This document shows positions 7,645 through 13,759 of a DNA stretch of 15,412 nucleotides, one piece after another. Both the position numbers and the translations under genes were made by a program. The stretch comes from Thermofilales archaeon (GTDB taxonomy: Archaea > Thermoproteota > Thermoprotei > Thermofilales > Thermofilaceae): assembly GCA_028275925.1 (NCBI GenBank), contig JAPWTS010000044.1, positions 1-15,412 of the forward strand, in the 5' to 3' direction. Every line of letters starts with the position of its first letter. Within the stretch, counting starts at the first letter, position 1. The notes beneath the pieces were generated by a model. It saw only the letters and a program-made list of their open reading frames with translations. It was not told where the DNA came from and made no database searches.

Positions 7645-7875
7645 CTACTCAACCGTGATGGCCCCCGTCGGGCAGCCCTCGGCCGCGGTTTTCGCGTCGT
7701 TCGCAAGGTTGTCCGGTATCTCGCCGATCGACTCGCTCTCCGTGTCCACCTTCCTGTACGGCTCCTTGACCCTGCTCTTGAAGGTGTTCGGGTCCTCCTC
7801 GAAGACCTGAGGAGCTAGAGCCCAGCAGGCTCCGCAGCCGATGCACAGCGTTTTATCGACCCTCACCTTCGGCAT
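7645..7875 (-). CDS. fdx: ferredoxin, single [4Fe-4S]/[3Fe-4S] cluster type (Pyrococcus/Thermotoga Fd-like)
   Basis: The protein is 76 aa. It has the motif CIGCGAC near the N-terminus and a distal Cys in AEGCPTGAI. Its size and Cys spacing are typical of small single-cluster archaeal ferredoxins. Confidence 0.85.
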   Translation of the reverse strand: MPKVRVDKTLCIGCGACWALAPQVFEEDPNTFKSRVKEPYRKVDTESESIGEIPDNLANDAKTAAEGCPTGAITVE

Positions 7876-7904
7876 GCTTATCGAGCCCCCACCCCGCTCC
7901 CGCT

Positions 7905-7912
7905 ATAATAAT
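7905..7912 (-). promoter_or_regulatory. TATA box (minus strand TTATTATA) for the ferredoxin operon
   Basis: The minus strand reads aTTATTATAgcgggagcggggtgggggctcgataagcATG, with 28 nt between the box and the ATG. Confidence 0.45.
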
Positions 7913-7958
7913 GTTGCTGCCGCGCGGCCGCCCGCCGGTAAGCTTCAGGAGGTAAAAG

Positions 7959-7966
7959 TTTTATAC
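7959..7966 (+). promoter_or_regulatory. TATA box (TTTTATAC) for the ATPase gene
   Basis: There are 23 nt between the box and ATG 7990, which fits a leaderless transcript. Confidence 0.55.
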
Positions 7967-7989
7967 TTTTGAGTATTATACTTCGGAGC

Positions 7990-9378
7990 ATGCTATTCGT
8001 CGACAGGGAGGAGGAGCTCGGGGTCCTCGAGGAAGCCTACAGCAGTGGGAGGTCCCAGATGGTCTTGATCTACGGGAGGAGACGGATAGGGAAAACGTAC
8101 CTCATCGCGCGCTTCCTCAGGGAGAGGGGAGGGGTGTACCTCTGCGTCAACCACGAGGAGCGGGAGCTCGCCTTGAGGGATTTGGTGGAGCAGCTGCTGG
8201 CGCAGCTGCGGCTGCCCTACGCGCCGCGCGTGAGCAGCTTCAGGGACCTCTTCGAGCTCCTCGCGGCTGCGGGAGCGCGCGTGGTCGTTGTGGACGAGTT
8301 CCAGCGCCTGCTGAAGGCCGGAGGTTTGACGGAGCTCCAGCACGCGTGGGATCAGAGGTTGTCGAGGAGCGGGATCCTGCTCGTGCTCTCGGGCTCCGCG
8401 GTCGGCGCGGCAGAGAGGGTGGGCCTATCGCACGCTTCGCCGCTTTTCGGTAGGGTTACGAGGGTGCTGAAGGTCGGCGAGCTCGGCTACAAGGCCGTCC
8501 GAGCCTTCCTGCCCGGCTACCCGGAGGAAGATAGGGTGAGGGCGTACGGGGTCTTCGGCGGGGTTCCCGGCTACCTGGCACTCCTCAACCCGCGGCTGAC
8601 GTTGGAGGAGAACGTGGCGAAGCTCGCTCTGGAGCCGGGGGCGCCGCTGCGCGAGGAGCCCGTGATCCTGCTTAAGCTCGAGCTCAGGAACCCTTCGAGG
8701 TACGCCGAGATCCTGCGCGCGATAGCGGGCGGCGCAACCCAGTTCAGCGAAATCGCCGACAAATCCGGAGTGAAGGTGACGGAGCTGCCCAAGTACCTGA
8801 GGGTGCTGGAGGAGGACTTGGAGCTCGTGGAGCGCAGGTACCCCCTGCTAAGCGAGGGCTCGAGGAGGAGGGCCAGGTACTACGTGAGGGACCGCTTCAC
8901 GAGCTTCTGGTTCAGGTTCGTCTACCCGAACAGGGTTCTCCTCGAGCTAGGTCTCCACCGGGAGGTTGCCTCGCGGCTCCCGGAGGCCCTGGATCGGCAG
9001 GCCTCGGAGGCGTTCGAGGAGGTGGCGCGCCAGCACTTCGCGCTGCTGGCGAAGAGCGGGCGCGTGAGCTTCACGAGGATAGGCCGCTGGTGGTCGGGCG
9101 ACGTCGAGATCGATCTGGTCGCGATCGACGAGCGGCGGGGCGTCGCGTACTTCATCGAGGTGAAGTGGACCAGGCAGCCGGTCGGGAAGGAGGTGCTCCG
9201 GAAGTTGGAGAAGAAGGCGGAGGAGTTCCCGTGGAGGAGGGGGGAGAGGAGGGAGGTGTACGTGCTCTACAGCAGGTCCGGCTTCGCGTTCGAACCGGAG
9301 GAGGGCGTCCTGCTCTTCTCCCTCTCCGACGTTCAGCGCGACTTCGAGCGGGAAAGGCCGCTGGTGACCGAGCTGTGA
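7990..9378 (+). CDS. archaeal AAA+ ATPase (Arch_ATPase PF01637-like) with C-terminal DUF234 / PD-(D/E)xK-like domain
   Basis: I chose the ATG at 7990 (MLFVDREEELGVLEE). The ORF-track TTG at 7969 lies within the TATA box. The Walker A motif is GRRRIGKT and the Walker B motif is VVVVDEFQ. The N-terminal FVDREEEL motif is typical of this family. The C-terminal RIGRWWSGDVEIDLVAIDE...YFIEVKW segment is a DUF234-type nuclease-like fold. Confidence 0.85.
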   Translation: MLFVDREEELGVLEEAYSSGRSQMVLIYGRRRIGKTYLIARFLRERGGVYLCVNHEERELALRDLVEQLLAQLRLPYAPRVSSFRDLFELLAAAGARVVVVDEFQRLLKAGGLTELQHAWDQRLSRSGILLVLSGSAVGAAERVGLSHASPLFGRVTRVLKVGELGYKAVRAFLPGYPEEDRVRAYGVFGGVPGYLALLNPRLTLEENVAKLALEPGAPLREEPVILLKLELRNPSRYAEILRAIAGGATQFSEIADKSGVKVTELPKYLRVLEEDLELVERRYPLLSEGSRRRARYYVRDRFTSFWFRFVYPNRVLLELGLHREVASRLPEALDRQASEAFEEVARQHFALLAKSGRVSFTRIGRWWSGDVEIDLVAIDERRGVAYFIEVKWTRQPVGKEVLRKLEKKAEEFPWRRGERREVYVLYSRSGFAFEPEEGVLLFSLSDVQRDFERERPLVTEL

Positions 9379-9383
9379 GCTCT

Positions 9384-9845
9384 CTAGCTCAGCTTGAGGC
9401 TCAAGCGCTGCCTTCGAGCCGGCGGCACCTCCCCCCTCTTAATCCTCTCGATGAGATCGACGACCCTCCGCTTTATCTCGTCTCTAACCTTCCGAGCTTC
9501 CTCGAGGCTCATGCGGGCGGGGTCGGGGATCTCCCAGTGCTCCACGTACCTCGTGTACACCGTGGGGCACGTGCCCGACTCCGACTCCCCGCACACGACT
9601 ACGCCGATCTCGGCGATCCTCTGCAGCTCCGGGGTGAGCGGCTTCGGCTTCTTCCCCGAGATGTCGATGCCCTCCTCCAGCATCAGCTTGACCGCGTTGG
9701 GGTGAACCTCCTCCGCCGGCTTGCTGCCGGCGCTAACGGCCCGCCACCCGGGAGGGGCCATCGCGTTGAAGTACGCTTCCGCCATCTGGCTCCGGAACCT
9801 GTTCTCCGTGCAGACGAAAAGCACGATTCGCTCGGACCCGCCCAC
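9384..9845 (-). CDS. arsC: low-molecular-weight phosphatase-fold protein, thioredoxin-coupled arsenate reductase (ArsC)-like
   Basis: The P-loop is CX5R (VCTENRFRSQMAEA). The distal Cys pair (VVCGESESGTCP) matches the Cys82/Cys89 pair of Bacillus/Staphylococcus ArsC. A GTG start lies at 9845, with a minus-strand TTAAATA box 21 nt upstream. The stop is only 5 bp from the convergent ATPase stop. Confidence 0.75.
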   Translation of the reverse strand: MGGSERIVLFVCTENRFRSQMAEAYFNAMAPPGWRAVSAGSKPAEEVHPNAVKLMLEEGIDISGKKPKPLTPELQRIAEIGVVVCGESESGTCPTVYTRYVEHWEIPDPARMSLEEARKVRDEIKRRVVDLIERIKRGEVPPARRQRLSLKLS

Positions 9846-9866
9846 AGCGCGAGCTTCGACTGCCGG

Positions 9867-9873
9867 TATTTAA
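9867..9873 (-). promoter_or_regulatory. TATA box (minus strand TTAAATA) for arsC-like gene
   Basis: The minus strand reads gcTTAAATAccggcagtcgaagctcgcgctGTG. Confidence 0.45.
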
Positions 9874-9900
9874 GCTCTGCTCGACGGGCGTTGCCGGGTG

Positions 9901-10317
9901 CTAATCAGGCCAGTACTCCGGCGGCGCGCTCCTCCTGAGGGTGGGATCGCCGCTCAACCTCCAAAAGCCGGAGCGGGGCGCGACGATCTCGATCCCCAAG
10001 GCCTCAGCGAGCGCATCGCTAATCAGCACCTCGTGCTCTCCGGGCACGCTCACCGCCCGAGCAGTCAACCATGGGGTTTCGCGATCCTCGAGCAACAGCT
10101 TGACTTCCACTTGCCCCAGCACGTACGCCATGGTATCGGCTCCTACGACCCTGTACCTCTCGCCCTTTAGCGCCTCCAGGCTGAACGACAGCTTCTTCGC
10201 TAGCGCGAGGGGGATGTGCAGCTCCGGCTCGTCAGCCTCGTACCCGCTGTTAACCAGCGCGCTCGTCTTCGCCGCGCGCTCCCCCCTCTTTATGCTCAGC
10301 AGCACGTAAACTCCCAT
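9901..10317 (-). CDS. small retropepsin-like (clan AA aspartic-protease fold) protein with Asn in place of the catalytic Asp
   Basis: I chose the ATG at 10317 (138 aa). The ORF track also allows TTG at 10335. The segment TSALVNSGYE aligns with the hydrophobic-hydrophobic-D-T/S-G-A signature, with D changed to N. The C-terminal VLISDALAEALGIEIV segment resembles the retropepsin dimer-interface motif (hh-G-x-D-x-L). No TATA box lies directly upstream, so it may be co-transcribed with the IPCT/DIPPS-like genes. Confidence 0.5.
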   Translation of the reverse strand: MGVYVLLSIKRGERAAKTSALVNSGYEADEPELHIPLALAKKLSFSLEALKGERYRVVGADTMAYVLGQVEVKLLLEDRETPWLTARAVSVPGEHEVLISDALAEALGIEIVAPRSGFWRLSGDPTLRRSAPPEYWPD

Positions 10318-10330
10318 CGGACCCCACCCT

Positions 10331-10398
10331 GACAAGCCTGCCGAACCGCTTCCTAGCTCGCTTCAGAAGCACGCTCCTGCTGACGAGCCTGCCAAACC
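10331..10398. repeat. two imperfect 17-22 bp direct repeats (gacaagcctgccgaacc / gacgagcctgccaaacc) 51 bp apart
   Basis: Coordinates are 10331-10347 and 10382-10398, matching at 15 of 17 positions, and they lie at the start of a 222-bp non-coding spacer. Two copies are too few to call a CRISPR array. This is a candidate transcription-factor binding pair. Confidence 0.3.
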
Positions 10399-10557
10399 TC
10401 CCCATTCCACCCGCTCCGCGGTCAACGTTGCGGGGTCTTTTTAAGCTTTCAGCGGCACCGGCGCAGCGCGAAGCCAGACGCATAAGCCGAGCGAAGGCTT
10501 TCACTCGCGTCTTTTCCGCGCGTTTCGCAATTCCCGCGGGGTCAAGCAGCACTGGTG

Positions 10558-11736
10558 TTAAGCTTCCCGCGCTGAGCGTTTACGGGAGTGCGTTGAGAGG
10601 CGCATTAGCTGCGCGGTGCCCTCTCTTTCGTCCAGCTCCCTCAGGTGGCGGGTGGCTCTTACGAAGTACACGGCAGCGGTCAACGACGCGTGAATGAGGG
10701 CGGCGAGGAGCGCCAGCAGGGGGTGCCCCGCGGCAGAGAAGGCGATGGCGTAGATCAGGTAGACGTTCCTCCTCCCGTCGACAAAGGCGAAGGCCCTGTC
10801 GAAGGGGGTGTAGTGCTTCAGCGGTTTACCGGCGGTGAGCGCGAACTGGTTGTAGACGTGCCTTACGAAGCAGTCCACGACGAGGAGAGCCGTCCCCAGC
10901 GCGGCGGCGAGGAAGCCGTAGCCGTGAAGGGCGAGGCCGAGCGCGAAGGACGCGTAGAGCGCCTGCTCGTAGAGCGCGTCGAGGGAGTGCTCGAGGTGCC
11001 CGAACTTCGTGAGGACCCCCCGCACTCGCGCCAGCTTGCCGTCAACACCGTCGAGGATCCCGAGGAGGTACGAGAAGGCGGCTGCAGGCAGGAACTGCCC
11101 GTTGGCAAACAGCAACACAGCAAGCAGCGAGAGAGCGTTAACCGCGAGGGTCACGCGGTTCGGCGTAACAGCTCTGCAATCGCCGAGAAGCTTGACCAAC
11201 GCGTTCTCAAGGGGCGCGTTGAGGACCGAAGTGAAGTGGACGCCCTTCTGAGCCCAGCGCACCAGCGCGCGCCTAGCAGCTTCGAGATCGCCAGCGTAAA
11301 CGCACGCCGGCCTGTGGCGGGGCTCCGCCAGCTCGTCGAGCTCCACCGAGCGGCCGGCGCCGCGAGCGGGCTTCTCCAGCACGGGCTTTCCCGCGTGCAC
11401 CCCCCTCGCGTAATCCCCTTCGACGAACCGCCTCAGGGCGCCCGGCTCCACCAGGAAGTCGGCTTCGACGAGAAGCTCCGCGTCGGCTGGTAGCGGCGCA
11501 CCCGGTGCGAGGTACTCCACCTCTACACGCAGGGATACCCCTCGCAGCAAAGCCTCCACAGCGTCCAAAACTCCGCGCTCAGCGGCAACGACGAAGCTCG
11601 TGAAACCCAAGCTCTTCAGAGCCGAGATCCACCGAACCACCACCGGCGTCCCGAAGTGCTCGAGGAGGGCTACTGGCGTCGGCCCTCCCCGCCCGTTAAA
11701 GAAGCCTCGGAAGCGGAGGACGGCTTTACGCCTCAC
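10558..11736 (-). CDS. IPCT/DIPPS-like bifunctional-architecture protein: N-terminal degenerate nucleotidyltransferase-fold domain + C-terminal CDP-alcohol phosphotransferase membrane domain (candidate di-myo-inositol-phosphate phosphate synthase)
   Basis: The protein is 392 aa. The C-terminal domain carries the CDP-OH phosphotransferase core DGVDGKLARVRGVLTKFG...SLDALYE (D-G-x2-A-R-x8-G...D-x3-E) embedded in about 6 TM helices. The N-terminal ~165 aa align with the MobA/GlmU-like fold (PTPVALLEHFGTPVVVRWISALKSLGFTSFVV), but the glycine-rich NTP loop is atypical (GFFNGRGG). The GTG start overlaps the upstream gene stop by 11 nt (GTGAGGCGTAA). Confidence 0.75.
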   Translation of the reverse strand: MRRKAVLRFRGFFNGRGGPTPVALLEHFGTPVVVRWISALKSLGFTSFVVAAERGVLDAVEALLRGVSLRVEVEYLAPGAPLPADAELLVEADFLVEPGALRRFVEGDYARGVHAGKPVLEKPARGAGRSVELDELAEPRHRPACVYAGDLEAARRALVRWAQKGVHFTSVLNAPLENALVKLLGDCRAVTPNRVTLAVNALSLLAVLLFANGQFLPAAAFSYLLGILDGVDGKLARVRGVLTKFGHLEHSLDALYEQALYASFALGLALHGYGFLAAALGTALLVVDCFVRHVYNQFALTAGKPLKHYTPFDRAFAFVDGRRNVYLIYAIAFSAAGHPLLALLAALIHASLTAAVYFVRATRHLRELDEREGTAQLMRLSTHSRKRSAREA

Positions 11737-13564
11737 CTTCGCCCACCGCCTCAGTCACGCTCTTCAACGCGCGCTTGAAGGCGTCCTCGAACGTCGCGTA
11801 AACCACCTTGACGAGGTCGTAAAGGAGCACGACGACTATCGTTAGCAGCGCTAGAGCGGCCGCGCGCGACAGGACGCTCCCGAACACCGGCACGGGCTGC
11901 AGGGCTTTCGGTACGAAGGCCAGCGCCAGCCAGGCTGCAAGGAGGTACAGCGCGTCCAAGCCTATGTGCCTGGCTACGCTCTCCGTCACCCCGAGAGCCC
12001 TCACCACCTTCACAGCTAGCGCGTCCACGAGGACCTTCGCCCCGATCAGGACCCTGTACCCGTAGTACACGGTGACCACGAGCGCTAAAAGCGGCACCAC
12101 GTCCCCCACCTTCAGCTCCAGCCATTCGAGGTTGAGGAGGACCACGTCGCCGAGGTAGCTCTGCGCGTAGGAGAGCACCAGGAGGGCTAGCGCCAGCTTG
12201 AAACCGCTCGCTGCGGCCGCCCTCAGTTTACGCTCCGCGCGCTTCACCCCCGCTCCGAGCCTGGGGAACGCTTCACCGGCAGGCTTAGGCGGTGCAGCCA
12301 GCACCTCCCCGGGCCACGCGGCAGCTAGGTTGCTGCAAACCCAGTAAGCTAGGGCGGCCGGCCCGAAGCCCGCAAACGCGATCGCAGCCGTCGCGGCGTA
12401 CTTCAGGAGGGGGTCCGCAACCCACGCCGACCTGCCCGGTCTACCCCCTCCGCGCCCAAGGAAGATTGGTACCGCCGAGCTGGCCGCCGCGAGCGCGGTA
12501 AGCGCGTGAGGGACTCGCTCGCCTAGCGCGGTCGCGATTAGCGAGAGGACGCCCACCTCCGCGACCAGCTCGGTGAGCGCGACGACCCTCACCAAGCCCT
12601 CCCCCCTCCGCGCTAAAACGGCGGCGAGGTCGGCTAGGTCCCCGAGGAAAGCAACCGCGTATAAAAGCGCGAAAGCTAGAAGCGGTTGCAGGTGTGGGGT
12701 AGCGATCAGCGCTAGCGCTCCGAGCGCGAGAAGAAGCGCCGCTGCTAGGAGCGCCGCTCTAGCCCGAGCGTTGGGGGGTTCGAGAGAAGCGAGCCTTAGC
12801 GTCGCAGGTCGGATGAGCGCTAGCGTCAGCGGCCCCGAGCACCTCTTCCCGTAATCCCTGATGAGGATCTTCTTGAAAAGCGCCCTAGCTTTCGCTAGGT
12901 CTTCAACAGTGTCCACGTCCTTCCAGAGGAGGCCCGTTACGTCTACGTAATCCACTTCGCCATCCTTAGCCGCTAGGTCGAGCGCATCGCCGATCGACGC
13001 AGTGGGCCCCTTCTCCGAAATCACCCTTTCAACGTAAGCGTAAGCCTTCTCCCTAACGAGAATCAAGCCCGTGTCGATACCGTACCTCGATTCCAGGTTC
13101 TTCCCGACCGCGACCACGACACCCCCGGCGAGCTTCACTTTCAAGCCCTCCTGGGCCTCCGCGCGGGAGGGTTTCCTGTCGAGGCACACGGTGAAAGCCT
13201 TGCTCGAGCGGTGGGAGAGGACGCGCTTCAGCATCTCGTACTCGAAAACGTGGTCGGACATCGCGACGAGGAACGGGGGTTTCACGTGCTTGAGGGCCGT
13301 GTACACGCTGTACAGGTTGCCAAACTCTTCTCTATCCACAGTTAAGACCACCACCGAGGGGCCGAGCTTGGAGCGGAACGCTTCGACGAACTCCTTCCTC
13401 GTAACTAGGTAGACCGGCGAGAGCCCAGCTCTCCTGAACCTCTCTAGTATGAACTCGGCAATCGTGAGACCAGGCTCCAGCTCCATGAGGCTTTTCGGCC
13501 GCTCTTCCGAGTAGGGTCTCAGCCTGCTCGCAACACCGCCCGCGACGATGACGACGGGGAGCAT
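11726..13564 (-). CDS. nucleotidyltransferase (cytidylyltransferase-like, canonical G-loop) fused to a large ~370-aa polytopic membrane domain with only a degenerate CDP-alcohol-transferase-like motif
   Basis: The start is set at ATG 13564 (MLPVVIVAGGVASRLRPYSEERPKSLMELEPG), which carries the canonical NTP-transferase signature. The ORF-track TTG at 13675 lies in the AT-rich promoter. After about 240 aa come 10 or more hydrophobic helices. They contain the segment DLADLAAVLARRGEGLVRVVALTELVAE, which echoes D-x2-D-G-x2-A-R-x8-G-x3-D-x3-D with DG lost and the Asp residues changed to Glu. Confidence 0.75.
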   Translation of the reverse strand: MLPVVIVAGGVASRLRPYSEERPKSLMELEPGLTIAEFILERFRRAGLSPVYLVTRKEFVEAFRSKLGPSVVVLTVDREEFGNLYSVYTALKHVKPPFLVAMSDHVFEYEMLKRVLSHRSSKAFTVCLDRKPSRAEAQEGLKVKLAGGVVVAVGKNLESRYGIDTGLILVREKAYAYVERVISEKGPTASIGDALDLAAKDGEVDYVDVTGLLWKDVDTVEDLAKARALFKKILIRDYGKRCSGPLTLALIRPATLRLASLEPPNARARAALLAAALLLALGALALIATPHLQPLLAFALLYAVAFLGDLADLAAVLARRGEGLVRVVALTELVAEVGVLSLIATALGERVPHALTALAAASSAVPIFLGRGGGRPGRSAWVADPLLKYAATAAIAFAGFGPAALAYWVCSNLAAAWPGEVLAAPPKPAGEAFPRLGAGVKRAERKLRAAAASGFKLALALLVLSYAQSYLGDVVLLNLEWLELKVGDVVPLLALVVTVYYGYRVLIGAKVLVDALAVKVVRALGVTESVARHIGLDALYLLAAWLALAFVPKALQPVPVFGSVLSRAAALALLTIVVVLLYDLVKVVYATFEDAFKRALKSVTEAVGEGEA

Positions 13565-13594
13565 TTGGCGGCACAGAAAGCTCGCACCGTTCGC

Positions 13595-13606
13595 TAAAAA
13601 TTTTTC
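13595..13606 (-). promoter_or_regulatory. TATA-like box within the perfect palindrome AAAAATTTTT, serving the 13564 operon
   Basis: The minus strand reads gcggAAAAATTTTTAgcgaacggtgcgagctttctgtgccgccaaATG, with about 30 nt from box to ATG. It lies in a bidirectional AT-rich spacer shared with the encapsulin gene. Confidence 0.4.
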
Positions 13607-13714
13607 CGCTAGCGCACTAGGGTATACCGGAGGCATTAATACTCTAAAAATTCTTGCATATATTTCAAGTGCCAACCCCTTGAAAGCTTTCGCGCTAGGG
13701 GAAAGTGCTCGTAG

Positions 13715-13728
13715 AAAATCATATTAAC
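13715..13728 (+). promoter_or_regulatory. TATA-like box candidate (AAAATCATATTAAC) for the encapsulin operon
   Basis: It lies about 32 nt upstream of GTG 13760. Alternative AT-rich elements sit at 13634-13668. Confidence 0.3.
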
Positions 13729-13759
13729 CGACCTCCCTACCGCTCACCGGGGACGAGGC

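Noticed and set aside
5712-7658. ORFs 5712..6008(+), 5986..6579(-), 6009..6365(+), 6616..7200(-), 6878..7168(+), 6970..7443(+), 7104..7658(+)
   Set aside because: All are nested in or antisense to the membrane-protein and hypothetical-protein genes. Their products are extremely Arg/Pro/Gly-rich, which is the hallmark of wrong-frame ORFs in GC-rich DNA.
7649-10309. ORFs 7649..7846(-), 7993..8343(-), 8571..8792(-), 8922..9155(-), 9090..9938(+), 9394..9705(+), 9898..10170(+), 9941..10309(+)
   Set aside because: They are antisense or alternate frames of the ferredoxin, ATPase, ArsC-like and retropepsin-like genes, with no motifs.
10331-10398. Possible CRISPR array from the two gacRagcctgccRaacc repeats
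   Set aside because: There are only two imperfect copies and no third repeat in either direction. The repeats are short and lack the regular repeat-spacer periodicity of a CRISPR array.
10250-12854. ORFs 10250..10552(-), 10428..10697(+), 10645..11493(+), 10863..11123(-), 11009..11251(+), 11600..11845(+), 11751..12125(-), 12292..12501(+), 12573..12854(+)
   Set aside because: They overlap the IPCT/DIPPS-like genes in wrong frames. ORFs 10250..10552 and 10428..10697 fall partly in the long spacer but are R/A-rich and lack start context.
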